A stretch of 64,000 nucleotides of DNA from an uncultured Staphylococcaceae bacterium (GCA_964497235.1 CAZCCJ010000001.1:67910-131909), one strand, 5' to 3'. Shown: positions 46,199 to 56,648, counted from the first letter of the stretch. Notes: generated from the letters alone by a model not told the origin. Numbers and translations are program-made.

Positions 46199-48040
46199 AT
46201 GGACATTCGAAATATCGCAATCATCGCTCACGTCGACCATGGGAAAACGACCCTCGTCAATTCGCTTTTCACTTGTTCCCACACTTTCCGCGACAACGAG
46301 GCCGTGACCGATCGCATGCTCGATAGCAATCCGATTGAACACGAAAGAGGCATAACGATCTTGGCCAAGACCACCGCCATCCACTATAAAGACAGCAAAA
46401 TCAATATCGTCGACACTCCAGGGCACGCCGATTTCGGCGGCGAAGTCGAGCGCATCATGCATATGGTCGACGGCTGCTTGCTTCTCGTCGATGCGTATGA
46501 AGGGACGATGCCGCAAACGCGTTTCGTTTTGAAAAACGCCCTTGAAAACCACATTAAACCGATCGTCGTCGTCAATAAGGTCGATCGCCCCAATGCCGAT
46601 CCGAAACGGGCGGTCGACGAAGTTCTCGACCTCTTCATCGAACTCGGTGCTCCCGAGGATCTCCTCGACTTCCCAGTCTGCTATGTAAGCGCCCTTAACG
46701 GAACGAGCTCTTTGTCTCCTGATCCAAGCACGCAAAAGCCCGGCATGGACCCGCTTTTCGATATGATTTTGGAGAATATACCCGCTCCGAAATGCGATAT
46801 TTCCGCGCCTTTCCAAATGCAGACGGCGTTACTCGATTACAACGATTTCGTCGGAAGGATCGGAATCGGCACGGTGCGCCGTGGCACGATTTCCGTCGGC
46901 GACACCATAACGGACGTGAGGAAAGACGGCTCCACCGCCAATTTCAAGGTCATGAAGCTATACACGTTCTTCGGCATGAGCCGCAACGAAGTCGGAAGCG
47001 TCAGCGCTCCGGATATCTGCGGCATCGCCGGTTTGACCGATATCGGCGTAAGCGACACCCTTTGCGCTCCCGCTTCCCTCGAAGCCTTGCCCGCTTTGCG
47101 AGTGGATGAGCCGACGTTACAGATGGAATTCGGCACCAATAGCTCACCGATGCGTGGACAAGACGGCAAGAAAGTCACGGCCCGCGTGATCGAAGAGAGG
47201 CTTTTCCAAGAGACGCAAAGAGACGTCTCCTTGCGTTTCACGCGCATTCCGAATAAGGAAAGCTGGATCGTTTCCGGACGTGGAGAGCTCCATTTGGGCG
47301 TATTGATTGAGAACATGCGACGCGAAGGATATGAGCTTGAAGTCTCTAAGCCGCAGGTAATCCAAAAGATAATCGACGGCGTCAAATGCGAGCCATACGA
47401 AGATCTCCAAATCGATGTCCCCAACGAATTCGTCGGCGACATGATGACGACGCTTGGCGATCGTGGCGCAAAACTTGGCGACATGAACGACAACGGCTCC
47501 GTCACAAGATTGAATTACGTCATCCCTTCACGCGGCCTCATCGGATTCGTCAGCAACTTCCTCACGATGACAAAAGGCTATGGCATCATCAACCACACTT
47601 TCAAAGAATATCGCCCGGTCTATGCTCATGATTTAGGCGAAAGGAACATCGGCGTTTTGGTTTCGACGGATAAAGGAGAGGCCACCTCGTACGCTTTGCA
47701 AAAAGTCGAAGAACACGGAACGATGTTCATCGTCCCAGGCGACGTATGTTACGAAGGCATGATCGTCGGGGAGCATCGCTATCCCGTCGATTTGGCCGTC
47801 AATTGCACCCAAGCCAAGCCGATGACCAACGTCCGTAGCAGCACAAGGGAACTAACCATCGTTTTGAAAGCGCCTCGCAAGATGTCTTTGGAGGCGTGCT
47901 TAGACTATATCAACCCCGATGAGCTCGTCGAAATCACCCCTCACGCCATAAGGATGAGGAAGAGAATCCTCAATACCGCCGAGCGAAAGAAATACGACGC
48001 CCATCAAAAAGCGGCCAAAGAAGCCTTATCTGGGAAATAA
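46199..48040 (+). CDS. typA: Translational GTPase TypA/BipA
   Basis: Contains [21 protein letters not shown] and NKVD, with the BipA C-terminal domain. The start is set at [17 protein letters not shown]. Confidence 0.96.
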   Translation: MDIRNIAIIAHVDHGKTTLVNSLFTCSHTFRDNEAVTDRMLDSNPIEHERGITILAKTTAIHYKDSKINIVDTPGHADFGGEVERIMHMVDGCLLLVDAYEGTMPQTRFVLKNALENHIKPIVVVNKVDRPNADPKRAVDEVLDLFIELGAPEDLLDFPVCYVSALNGTSSLSPDPSTQKPGMDPLFDMILENIPAPKCDISAPFQMQTALLDYNDFVGRIGIGTVRRGTISVGDTITDVRKDGSTANFKVMKLYTFFGMSRNEVGSVSAPDICGIAGLTDIGVSDTLCAPASLEALPALRVDEPTLQMEFGTNSSPMRGQDGKKVTARVIEERLFQETQRDVSLRFTRIPNKESWIVSGRGELHLGVLIENMRREGYELEVSKPQVIQKIIDGVKCEPYEDLQIDVPNEFVGDMMTTLGDRGAKLGDMNDNGSVTRLNYVIPSRGLIGFVSNFLTMTKGYGIINHTFKEYRPVYAHDLGERNIGVLVSTDKGEATSYALQKVEEHGTMFIVPGDVCYEGMIVGEHRYPVDLAVNCTQAKPMTNVRSSTRELTIVLKAPRKMSLEACLDYINPDELVEITPHAIRMRKRILNTAERKKYDAHQKAAKEALSGK

Positions 48041-48046
48041 ATCCCT

Positions 48047-48721
48047 TTAAACCAATCTATAAGCGTATTCAGCGAGCATATCGCTAGCTAAACGGACGTT
48101 TTTCTCGTACTCGGAGGCGCTACTCGAAGAATCGCTGATGATTTTGACGGCCGCGAAAGATAAGCCTAGCGTATAGGCTCCGGCGGCAAGTGAGGCACTT
48201 TCCATGTCGCAAGTTAGCGCATTCCACTCCTTCTTAAGGAAATCGCTTTGCTCTTTGCTCGCGATGAAGCAATCCCCGGCTACGGCGACGCCGTTATCGA
48301 CGTGTTTTTCGTCTTTTATTCTCGAAAGCAAGAAATAATGGAGGTCTTTATCGGCCTCGAAATAGACCTTATCGGTTCCAAAAAAGAGGCCGCGAGGATC
48401 TCCTAAAGGGGTCGTATCGATATCGTGGTTTACGAAAGAGGTTGGGAAAAAGAAAGAAAACGGCGGAAGTTTCTCGACGTCTAGCGATCCGCTGACGCCG
48501 AGGTTTATGACGTTATCGACGTTCGGAAACAAAATCGGCAATGCGCTTATCGCCATGGCGCTTAGAGTCTTGCCAATGCCGGAAACGACCAAAACGAATT
48601 CTTCCATTTTGCCTTTCCTAAGCTCATATACGGCCGCGCCGTGTTTAACAATTTTGAGAAGTTCGGTCCTCTCTCTTAATGGATTTGCCTCTTTTTCCAT
48701 GGCATAGATGAACGCTTTCAT
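48047..48721 (-). CDS. mtnN: 5'-methylthioadenosine/S-adenosylhomocysteine nucleosidase
   Basis: 224 aa, PNP_UDP_1 fold, with VVSGIGKT, GVSGSL and the catalytic motif CDMESAS. Confidence 0.8.
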   Translation of the reverse strand: MKAFIYAMEKEANPLRERTELLKIVKHGAAVYELRKGKMEEFVLVVSGIGKTLSAMAISALPILFPNVDNVINLGVSGSLDVEKLPPFSFFFPTSFVNHDIDTTPLGDPRGLFFGTDKVYFEADKDLHYFLLSRIKDEKHVDNGVAVAGDCFIASKEQSDFLKKEWNALTCDMESASLAAGAYTLGLSFAAVKIISDSSSSASEYEKNVRLASDMLAEYAYRLV

Positions 48722-49602
48722 AATTTGCTCCTCATTTGCGATAAATCCGTTTCAAGCTGCTTCTTTAGCTCTTCTAGCGAGCCGAATCGCCTTTCATCCC
48801 TTATTTTATCCGAAAAATCCAAATAAATGGTTTCGCCATAGCAATCGCCTTTATAGCCGTCTAGGTATATTTCGACGATGGAATCGCTCAGCTTTCCAAT
48901 TGTGGGTGCTTTCCCGACGTTTACGATGCAACGATATGGCATCCCTCTAAGAAAAGAAATCCCCGAATAAACGCCGTCTTTTGGAAGCAGATATGGGGCG
49001 TTTAAGGAAAGATTCGCCGTCGGGAAGCCGATTTTGCGGCCGTTTTGGTAGCCTTTTATGACTTTTCCGACGATTTCGTAGCGCCTTCCTAAGGAAGCGT
49101 TGGCTTTTTTTATTTCGCCCTCGCTAAGAAACGCTTTTATCTCCTTTGTTCCGATTTTCGTTCCATCTGGGTCATTTAAAATCGGAACCATCTTCACGTT
49201 GAAATGTCTTTTGAGGTCATTCGCCTTGCCACTCGCCCCATTTCCGAATGTGTAATCTTCGCCGACGACTAGCTCTAGTGGCTGCATCGGAAGCAATATC
49301 TTCTCGATGAATCGCTCGGAAGACATCGCGAAAAAAGAGGCATCCGTTCTTAAGACGTAGACTTTGTCGGCGCCATATCTGGCGAATAAGCGCACCTTAT
49401 CCTCTAAAGAGGTCAAAACCGTGCGAGCGTTTCCTTTTTCTTTCGGGAATGGAGGATCGAAAAGCAATGCGGCCGTTTCTTTTTTGCTTGCCGCCTCAAG
49501 AAGCTTTTGGTGCCCAAGATGAAGGCCATCGAAGTCGCCGAGCAATAATGAGCACCCGTTCGTCATCGGAACGTTGTCGACGGAGAAATCGAATCTTTCC
49601 AT
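48718..49602 (-). CDS. ribF: Bifunctional riboflavin kinase / FMN adenylyltransferase
   Basis: 294 aa, with GDFDGLHLGHQ (nucleotidyltransferase) and GFPTANL...PTIG (riboflavin kinase). It lies downstream of truB. Confidence 0.93.
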   Translation of the reverse strand: MERFDFSVDNVPMTNGCSLLLGDFDGLHLGHQKLLEAASKKETAALLFDPPFPKEKGNARTVLTSLEDKVRLFARYGADKVYVLRTDASFFAMSSERFIEKILLPMQPLELVVGEDYTFGNGASGKANDLKRHFNVKMVPILNDPDGTKIGTKEIKAFLSEGEIKKANASLGRRYEIVGKVIKGYQNGRKIGFPTANLSLNAPYLLPKDGVYSGISFLRGMPYRCIVNVGKAPTIGKLSDSIVEIYLDGYKGDCYGETIYLDFSDKIRDERRFGSLEELKKQLETDLSQMRSKL

Positions 49603-50447
49603 CAGAAGAGCCCCCTTTCGGAATGATAGAGGCCATCATCCTCTTTTTTATAGACTGCGATTGCGCCGCCTAGGTCGGTCGTTAGCAATATCCTTTCATG
49701 GCCCCTCGCATCTAGCTTCATCGATTTGCCATTCATCGCGTCGCGTTTTAATTCTTCGGAGATAATGACTTTGGGCAAACTTAAGAATGGCGTCGGATCA
49801 AGAACGTCGTTTTCGTTTATTTCGTCGATTTTTTTGGCCCTCGAGAGATTCATCCCCGAAATCGTTGTCCTTCTTAATGACGTCAAATGCCCGATGGTGC
49901 CTAACATTTTCGCTATATCTTCGGCTAAAACGCGCATGTAAGTCCCCCTACTTACGTTCGCTTCGAAAGTCAATGTATCGGAAAGGTAGGACTTTAAGGA
50001 TATCCTATGAACGGTTATCTTCCTCTCTTTTCTCTCAATCTCTTTCCCCTGGTGCGCGAGCTTATATAGGGGCTTGCCGTCTATCTTGATGGCGCTCGTC
50101 ATAGGCGGCGTTTGGAATGAATCGCCCAAGAAAGAAGAAAGCGCTTCGTCTATTTCCTTTATGGAATATTCCCTAACCGCTTCTTTCTGAATGATTTCGC
50201 CGTCTTTGTCGCCGGTCGACGTCTTCTCCCCAAGTTTAAGCGTCGCGACGTAAGTCTTATCTTCGTCGTCGAGGTAATTGAGAAATTTCGTGCCCTTGCC
50301 GAGTGCGACGACTAATAACCCCGTCGCAAAGGGATCGAGCGTCCCTAAGTGCCCGACTTTCCTCGTGCCGAAACGCTTCCCGATGGCATTATCGACCCAT
50401 CGCGACGTTACCCCTTCTTCTTTGTCGATCAGAATGATTCCATCCAT
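49602..50447 (-). CDS. truB: tRNA pseudouridine(55) synthase TruB
   Basis: Contains GHLGTLDPFATGLL with the catalytic Asp. 281 aa. Confidence 0.95.
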   Translation of the reverse strand: MDGIILIDKEEGVTSRWVDNAIGKRFGTRKVGHLGTLDPFATGLLVVALGKGTKFLNYLDDEDKTYVATLKLGEKTSTGDKDGEIIQKEAVREYSIKEIDEALSSFLGDSFQTPPMTSAIKIDGKPLYKLAHQGKEIERKERKITVHRISLKSYLSDTLTFEANVSRGTYMRVLAEDIAKMLGTIGHLTSLRRTTISGMNLSRAKKIDEINENDVLDPTPFLSLPKVIISEELKRDAMNGKSMKLDARGHERILLTTDLGGAIAVYKKEDDGLYHSERGLF

Positions 50448-50602
50448 ATTCGAACATTATAGACGGTTATCGTTCTTTCCTTAAAGGGTCTATCGACTGG
50501 CATTTCTTCAAATGAGCGCCAAACCACTCGATTTCATTTTCTTTCCCATCGCATTGAAAGTCGTTCTTAATAGTGAAGTTCCAAGAGTTTATAATTCTCG
50601 CG

Positions 50603-51715
50603 ATGGATCCACTTAGAACCTTATTGTCATCGCTTAGAAAAGCCGATAACGACTATTCGCTTATCGATAATGGCGATCGAATCGCCGTCGGGTTAAGCGG
50701 CGGAAAGGATTCTCTTTGCCTCGTTAGGCTTCTTTCTCTATATAAGTTATTCTCCAAAAAGAATTATGAGGTTGTACCAGTCTTTTTGGATCTCGGCTTC
50801 GAATGGAACCGCGATAAGCTCGCGCCTTTGAAGGATTTCTGCTCGAAAAACGGCACCCCTTTATACATCGAAGATTCCTCTTTCGTCTACGATATTCTCA
50901 AAGCCAACGCCAAAGAAGGAAAACACCTTCCTTGCTCGATATGCTCAAGGATGAAGAAAGCGGGCATCAACCGCTTCGCGAAAGAGCATCGCTGCAACAA
51001 AGTCGCCTTCGCCCATCATAGCGACGACGCCGTCGAAACGCTGCTTATGAACATGATACACGGCGGAAGAGTGGCCACTTTCGAACCGAAGATGCATCTT
51101 GAAAGAGCGGATATCGTCTTCATTAGGCCGCTCATCTACGCGAAAGAGAAAGACATAATCTCTTTGGCAAGAGAAGAGGCGATGCCAATCACCGATACCT
51201 GTTGCCCCGCAAATAAAAAGACGGATCGAGAGGAAATGAAGAAGCTTTTCGCCTCTATCGTTGAGAAATATCCGGAAAGCGACGAGAATTTCCGTTTGTC
51301 TTTATATAATCATGAGCCATTTTGCCTATATTGGAAGGATTATGAGTGGGAAGCTATGGACGACCCTTCCATCGCCATTAAGCCGATAATATCCGCAGAT
51401 GACCTACGTCTCACTAAAGCGGCCGCTCGAAAAAGAAAAGAGAATGAGGAGAATTATCTCATCTATTCGAAACATAAGAGGGTTGGCGAATTCTCGCTTA
51501 CGCGCGACCATAAACATCAAATAACCATTTTCGGCTTCGTCGGCCCCCTTTCAATCGTGTCTATAGCGGTCAAGGAACTTCTAAGAAGGGAAGTCAAGAA
51601 AGTCAATCCATTGAAAGTCTATCTCAAAGGCAATAAAGGCCTCGCAAACGAACTTGAAATGGAAAAAGGTGAAAAGAAAAGCGTCTACTATAGACGCTAT
51701 CTATCATTCAAATAG
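50603..51715 (+). CDS. PP-loop ATPase of the TtcA (tRNA 2-thiocytidine) family with a roughly 120-aa C-terminal extension
   Basis: Contains SGGKDSLCL (PP-loop), PCSICSRMKK (TtcA CxxC) and a third Cys cluster, TCCP. The start is set at the ATG at 50603, with a TATAAT 7 nt upstream. The track start at 50573 is a GTG. Confidence 0.75.
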   Translation: MDPLRTLLSSLRKADNDYSLIDNGDRIAVGLSGGKDSLCLVRLLSLYKLFSKKNYEVVPVFLDLGFEWNRDKLAPLKDFCSKNGTPLYIEDSSFVYDILKANAKEGKHLPCSICSRMKKAGINRFAKEHRCNKVAFAHHSDDAVETLLMNMIHGGRVATFEPKMHLERADIVFIRPLIYAKEKDIISLAREEAMPITDTCCPANKKTDREEMKKLFASIVEKYPESDENFRLSLYNHEPFCLYWKDYEWEAMDDPSIAIKPIISADDLRLTKAAARKRKENEENYLIYSKHKRVGEFSLTRDHKHQITIFGFVGPLSIVSIAVKELLRREVKKVNPLKVYLKGNKGLANELEMEKGEKKSVYYRRYLSFK

Positions 51716-51719
51716 TCGA

Positions 51720-52085
51720 TCAATCGTGCTTTTTCTTCGCCTTTTCGATGTCTTCGCCCTCTTTTTTCAAGATGGCGTCTAGCTTTTCCGCCTCTTCGAA
51801 CCTATCATCGTATACGAAGAGCAAGTCAGGGACTTTATAGACATCCATCTTCTTGGCTAAGGAGGAACGGATATAGCCTTTGCAACGGTTTAATTCCTCG
51901 AGATTTTTTCTTGGATGCGGCGCGCCTAAAAACGAGACATAGACTTTGGCGAGGCTATTGTCCGAATTGACCTCGACTTCGTTGACGCTTGGCAAACCTA
52001 ACGACTTATTCTTAAGCTCGAAAGTCAGGATATCCATAAGATTCCTGGCGATCAAGGATTTTATTCTAAGGCTTCGATTGGCCAT
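51720..52085 (-). CDS. rbfA: Ribosome-binding factor A
   Basis: 121 aa, with a KH-like RbfA pattern (VEVNSDNSLAKVYVSF). It lies directly after infB. Confidence 0.92.
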   Translation of the reverse strand: MANRSLRIKSLIARNLMDILTFELKNKSLGLPSVNEVEVNSDNSLAKVYVSFLGAPHPRKNLEELNRCKGYIRSSLAKKMDVYKVPDLLFVYDDRFEEAEKLDAILKKEGEDIEKAKKKHD

Positions 52086-53953
52086 TATTTCTTCTCCACG
52101 AGGTTATATCCCTCGATGATGTCGCCCTCTTTGACGTCGTTATAGTTCTTGATCGAGAGACCGCATTCATAGCCTTGCTTGACTTCCTTGACGTCGTCTT
52201 TGAATCTCTTCAATCCGGCGAGCTCGCCTTCGTAGACGATGACGCCATCGCGAAGCACGCGGATCTTCTCGTTGGCCAAAAGGGAACCGCTCGTCACATA
52301 GCTTCCAGCGACCGTCCCGACATGGGAGATTTTATAGATATGGCGGACTTCGGCTTGGCCGGTGACTTCCTCCACTTTCTCGATCGTATATAGACCCTTC
52401 ATCGCGTTTTCCATCTCTTCGATTATTTCGTAGATGATACGATGCGGGCGGATTTCGATCTTCCTTTCGTCCGCTTTCTGCTGGATTTGGGCGCTTGGGC
52501 GCACGTTATAAGCGTAGATGATGGCGTTTGAGGCTTCGGCGAGAAGCAAATCGCCGTCGTTAATCGCTCCGGCGTTGGCTTGGAGGACTTTGACCTTGAC
52601 TTGGTCGTTGGAAAGTTTCTCAAGCGAGCTTCTTAAAGCCTTGGCTGAGCCATCGGTATCCGCCTTGATTAAGACGTTGATATCCTTGATTTTGCCGGCG
52701 TTGACGAGGTTATTGAGGTCTTCAAGCGACAAGGCGGCGCTTCTCGAACGCTCTTTGCTTTGGGTTTCGAGAGCGCGCTTTGAAGCGATTTCCTTGGCTT
52801 CTTTCTCAGTCGGGAAAGCCATGAAACGGTCGCCTGCGCTAGGAACACTTGATAGGCCGGTGACGCTCACAGGAGTCGCAGGGCCCGCGCTTCCGACTTG
52901 CTTCGAATTCTCGTCGGTCATCCTTCTGATTTTGCCGTATATGTCACCGACAACGACGTAATCGCTGTGGTTAAGGGTGCCATTTTGAACAAGCAACGTC
53001 GCTTTAGGTCCTTCGCCCTTATCGAGATTGGCTTCCAAGACCGTTCCGATCGCGTAGCGATTCGGGTTGGCCTTTAGTTCCATGATCTCAGCCGTCGTTT
53101 CGATGGCGTCGAGCAAATCGTCTAGCCCCTCACCGGTCTTGGCGCTTACTGGCACCATCAAGACGTCGCCGCCATAGTCCTCGGCGATTACTTCGTGCGC
53201 CATAAGCTCTTCTTTGACGCGGCGCGGATTGGCGCCTGGCTTATCCATTTTGTTGATGGCGACTATCATTTTGCAATTCGCCGCCTTCGCGTGGTTGATG
53301 GCTTCGATGGTCTGTGGCATCACGCCGTCATCGGCCGCGACGACCAAAACGACGATATCGGTGACATCGGCTCCCCTAGCGCGCATGGCCGTGAAGGCTT
53401 CGTGCCCCGGAGTGTCGATGATCGTTATCTTTTTGCCGTGGTATTCTTTTTGATAGGCGCCGATGGCTTGCGATATGCCGCCCGCTTCTCCAGCCGCGAC
53501 ATTCGTTTTCCTAATGGCATCGATGATAGACGTTTTGCCATGGTCGACGTGGCCCATGACGGTGACGATCGGAGCCCTTTCGCGAAGATCGTTCGGATCG
53601 TCTTCGATCTCGAGCTCCTCGAAATGCTCGGCATCCACTATCTTTTCTTTTTTGAAGTCGTAATTGAATTCGAGGCAGATCGTGCCGATGGCCTCGTCGT
53701 CTAGCATCTGGTTGATGGTGACCATCTTTCCCTGCATGAAGAGGAATTTGATGATCGAATTGACCGGCACATTGATGGCTTTGGATAGTTCAAGGACGCT
53801 AAGAGGCTTCGAATAAGTGAAGACGCCGCCGTTGACTTTGGCGAATTCTTCTTTCCGATGCCCTCCTTGCGGGCGGCTCTCGAAATTGGCCTTGCGGTTC
53901 CTCTCTTGCTGCTGTTGTGCGTTTTTCTTAGAGAAATAACGTTGTTTCTTCAT
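52085..53953 (-). CDS. infB: Translation initiation factor IF-2
   Basis: 622 aa, with the GTPase motifs [17 protein letters not shown] and NKMD, and IF-2 domains II-IV. Confidence 0.97.
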   Translation of the reverse strand: MKKQRYFSKKNAQQQQERNRKANFESRPQGGHRKEEFAKVNGGVFTYSKPLSVLELSKAINVPVNSIIKFLFMQGKMVTINQMLDDEAIGTICLEFNYDFKKEKIVDAEHFEELEIEDDPNDLRERAPIVTVMGHVDHGKTSIIDAIRKTNVAAGEAGGISQAIGAYQKEYHGKKITIIDTPGHEAFTAMRARGADVTDIVVLVVAADDGVMPQTIEAINHAKAANCKMIVAINKMDKPGANPRRVKEELMAHEVIAEDYGGDVLMVPVSAKTGEGLDDLLDAIETTAEIMELKANPNRYAIGTVLEANLDKGEGPKATLLVQNGTLNHSDYVVVGDIYGKIRRMTDENSKQVGSAGPATPVSVTGLSSVPSAGDRFMAFPTEKEAKEIASKRALETQSKERSRSAALSLEDLNNLVNAGKIKDINVLIKADTDGSAKALRSSLEKLSNDQVKVKVLQANAGAINDGDLLLAEASNAIIYAYNVRPSAQIQQKADERKIEIRPHRIIYEIIEEMENAMKGLYTIEKVEEVTGQAEVRHIYKISHVGTVAGSYVTSGSLLANEKIRVLRDGVIVYEGELAGLKRFKDDVKEVKQGYECGLSIKNYNDVKEGDIIEGYNLVEKK

Positions 53954-53964
53954 GCTTTTTCCTC

Positions 53965-54267
53965 CTATCCATTGATCTTCGATATGAGCGCCAAAGCGCT
54001 CTTTTTGTCGGTTATCCCAACGAAAGTGACTTCGCTTTTTCCTAGCGCTCCGCCTAGCTCCTCTTTCGAGAACGGTAATTCAAGATAGGGAAGATGGGCG
54101 TTTTTTATCTTCTTTTCGTAGCGGATGGCTTCTCCGCTATCGGCGTCGGACGCTTTTAAGAAGAGCCTAACCTTCGGCATCTGGTGCCAAAGGGAGGAAC
54201 CGATCTCCAATTTCTTGGCGCGGTATAGTATCCCAAGGAAACCCAAAATCGATTCGGCGCTCTTCAT
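53965..54267 (-). CDS. ylxQ: L7Ae-family RNA-binding protein YlxQ
   Basis: 100 aa. It lies between nusA and infB, and its length and pattern fit the L7Ae/YlxQ family. Confidence 0.75.
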   Translation of the reverse strand: MKSAESILGFLGILYRAKKLEIGSSLWHQMPKVRLFLKASDADSGEAIRYEKKIKNAHLPYLELPFSKEELGGALGKSEVTFVGITDKKSALALISKING

Positions 54268-54278
54268 CGTTCGTCCTC

Positions 54279-56075
54279 TTATTTGTCGTCGTAATAGCTA
54301 TCGTCGTCGTATTCGTCGAAATCCATCTCGTCGTATTCGCTTTGGGCATTCTCTTCTTCCTCTTTGGCGATTTGGGCGAGCTCTTCTTCGCTATAGACTG
54401 GCATAGCTTCTTTCGGCATTTCGGCCGGAGCGACGCGGGAAACCTCGTTTTCGCTGATTTGGTGCGGGCGTTTGCTCTTGCTCCATTTGCCTTTTGGCTG
54501 CGCGTCTTTCTTTTTGGAGCTTTCTTCGAGGTCTTTCTCAAGAGCATCCAAAGTGACGGTCGTCTTGACTTCGACTGGCTTTTCGACGGGTTTCGCCGGA
54601 GCTTTCGGCTCTTCGGCGACCGGTGCCTCAACAGCTTTCGGCGCTTCTTCGGCGACGGCGTTCGCGGTGGCGTCCTTTGCGACTTCCTCGAACTCCTCCT
54701 CTTCTTCGGCCGACATTTCAGGGACGACGGCCTCTTGATAGGCATCAGCGCCTTCTTTGGCCTTCTTCGCTTCCTCTTCCCTGCTCTTCTTGGCGAAAGC
54801 TTCGTGTTCTTTGGCCTTCTTCGCTTCCTCGACTTCCTTTACGAGTTCGTCGTATGGCTTATAGTCGATGTTCTCGTTAACGGCTTCGCTTTCTTCTTTG
54901 ATGTCGATATGGAAGCCGGTGAGCTTATCGGCCAAACGGGCGTTGGCGCCTTTTTTACCGATGGCAAGCGAGAAATCATCGTCTTTAACGACGGCGATGG
55001 CGCTTGGACGCGGCAAAGCCTCCAAGTCGACGATCTTAACGCCTAGGACATGGGCTGGCCTAAGCGATTCGGCGATGAATAAAGCGGGGTTATCGCTCCA
55101 GGCGATGATATCGATTTTCTCTTTCTCTTTGCCATTCCCTAATTGGGAGACGACTTTTTGGATGCGTGAGCCGCCAGGGCCGATGCAAGCGCCGGTCGGA
55201 TCGACGTCGTCGTTCATGCTGGTGACGGCGACTTTGCTTCTGACGCCGGCTTCACGGGCGACGCCTTTTATGATGACGGTGCCGTCATACACTTCGTGGA
55301 TCTCCTCTTCGAAAAGGCGTTTCAAGAAGCCTTCGCTGGCGCGGGTGATCATGATTTGCGGGCCTTTGGCCACTTTCGGGGCGTGTTCGCCGACTTGACG
55401 GACCTCTTGGAGATAGACTTTGACGGTTTCGCCGACGCGGAAATATTCGTCACCGATCATTTCGCGACGGGTTAGTTCGACGGTCGTGCGGCCGATGTCG
55501 ATGAAGGCGCTCCTATCATCGGCTTTCTCGACGACGCCCGATACCATCTCGCCGATATGATCCTTGTAGATATCGTATAAGGCGGTGCGCTCGGCTTCGG
55601 CGATCTTGACCTTCAAAAGACTCTTGACGCTTAATGCGGTGAGCTTAGAGAGTTCGTTTATCGGGCAATATAAGGAATAAAGGCCACCGATGGCGATTTC
55701 GCCTTCTTCCGCTTTGACAAGGGAGATGAGGTTCTTGATCTCGCGGCGTTTGTCCTTCTCTTTCTTCGGATCGGCTTCTTCGTAAGATTCCTCAAGATGC
55801 TCGACCGTTTCTTTCGCGTCTTCCTTGGCGTCTTCTAAGGATATTTCGAGGTAATCGTCCTCGACTTCGTCCTTGACGTATTTCTTCTGAGCCAAGGTGA
55901 TGAAGCCGTTTTCCTCGTCTATCGAGGCTTCGACCATCGCATCGTCTCCGCCGCCCAAATATTTGATGTAGGCGTGCTCGATGGCGTCTTTTAAGGCATA
56001 GACGACGGCTTCGTGGCTGATGCCTTTGCTTTCGGCGATCATGTCGATTGCCGCTTTGAACTGAATTGGATCCAT
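54279..56075 (-). CDS. nusA: Transcription termination/antitermination factor NusA (expanded form)
   Basis: Has the NusA N-domain, S1 (GEMVSGVVEK), and KH1/KH2 (GACIGPGGSRIQ, AIGKKGANARLA). There is an acidic insertion in the N-domain and a roughly 220-aa E/K/A/P-rich C-terminal tail. Confidence 0.93.
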   Translation of the reverse strand: MDPIQFKAAIDMIAESKGISHEAVVYALKDAIEHAYIKYLGGGDDAMVEASIDEENGFITLAQKKYVKDEVEDDYLEISLEDAKEDAKETVEHLEESYEEADPKKEKDKRREIKNLISLVKAEEGEIAIGGLYSLYCPINELSKLTALSVKSLLKVKIAEAERTALYDIYKDHIGEMVSGVVEKADDRSAFIDIGRTTVELTRREMIGDEYFRVGETVKVYLQEVRQVGEHAPKVAKGPQIMITRASEGFLKRLFEEEIHEVYDGTVIIKGVAREAGVRSKVAVTSMNDDVDPTGACIGPGGSRIQKVVSQLGNGKEKEKIDIIAWSDNPALFIAESLRPAHVLGVKIVDLEALPRPSAIAVVKDDDFSLAIGKKGANARLADKLTGFHIDIKEESEAVNENIDYKPYDELVKEVEEAKKAKEHEAFAKKSREEEAKKAKEGADAYQEAVVPEMSAEEEEEFEEVAKDATANAVAEEAPKAVEAPVAEEPKAPAKPVEKPVEVKTTVTLDALEKDLEESSKKKDAQPKGKWSKSKRPHQISENEVSRVAPAEMPKEAMPVYSEEELAQIAKEEEENAQSEYDEMDFDEYDDDSYYDDK

Positions 56076-56094
56076 GTTTTTACTCCATTATTTC

Positions 56095-56556
56095 CTAGAA
56101 TTTGATGGCCAAACGCGCTCTGTCGATGTTGCCGCGCGCGATTTCTATGGTCTTTTTGCGGCTTTTGATTCTGATTCCTAGCTCTATTTTTTCCGAATCG
56201 GCGGCTAAGAGGTCTCCCTCGAGGTCATTTGCGCCTTCGAAGGGGTGAGAGAGATGAAGATGAACGTATTTCCCGATGTGCCGCTCTAACCTGTCTAAGG
56301 CTATTGGTTTCTCGCTCCCTAAGCTAGAGACATCGAGCGTATAAGGTCCTTTTATCGGATCTTCCTTATCGAGAATGGGGTTGATGAGATCGCTGACTTT
56401 GACGATATCGTCGAGCGATATCGGATCGTCGCGGTCCACCGTCACTTCTAGCGTCAAGCCATCCTTTTTACGGATGAGCTTCACGTCGTAAAGCGAATAT
56501 CCGGCTTTTTCGAGAGGTCCGCTAAGGGCCTCCTTCACTTTCGTTACCTCGTCCAT
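56095..56556 (-). CDS. rimP: Ribosome maturation factor RimP
   Basis: It lies upstream of nusA and shows a RimP pattern (LYDVKL...GLTLEVTVDRD). The start is set at the ATG at 56556, with an AGGAGG upstream. Confidence 0.88.
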   Translation of the reverse strand: MDEVTKVKEALSGPLEKAGYSLYDVKLIRKKDGLTLEVTVDRDDPISLDDIVKVSDLINPILDKEDPIKGPYTLDVSSLGSEKPIALDRLERHIGKYVHLHLSHPFEGANDLEGDLLAADSEKIELGIRIKSRKKTIEIARGNIDRARLAIKF

Positions 56557-56566
56557 GACACCTCCT

Positions 56567-56600
56567 AATAATAGAAAGAGTGGCCCATAAAGCGCCACTC
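56567..56600 (-). promoter_or_regulatory. Terminator-like hairpin in the rimP-nusA leader (candidate attenuator)
   Basis: On the minus strand: GAGTGGC-N9-GCCACTC (7-bp stem) followed by TTTCTATTATT, immediately before the rimP Shine-Dalgarno sequence. Confidence 0.4.
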
Positions 56601-56648
56601 AGCCGTTACGAGTATGTTGCGAGCCTGCTCGAGGATCATCGCAGGATT

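Noticed and set aside
45965-46816. A 283-aa minus-strand ORF spanning the rpsO-typA spacer and the 5' part of typA. A 222-aa ORF lies at 46837-47505.
   Set aside because: Both are antisense to typA, whose GTPase motifs are unambiguous. They have no start context and no motifs, and the first would run through two promoter regions.
54167-55046. A 192-aa R/K/S-rich minus-strand ORF (54167-54745) and a 234-aa plus-strand ORF (54342-55046).
   Set aside because: These are alternative-frame and antisense readings of the repetitive GAA/AAG-rich NusA tail. Their composition is a frame-shift image of the E/K-rich sequence.
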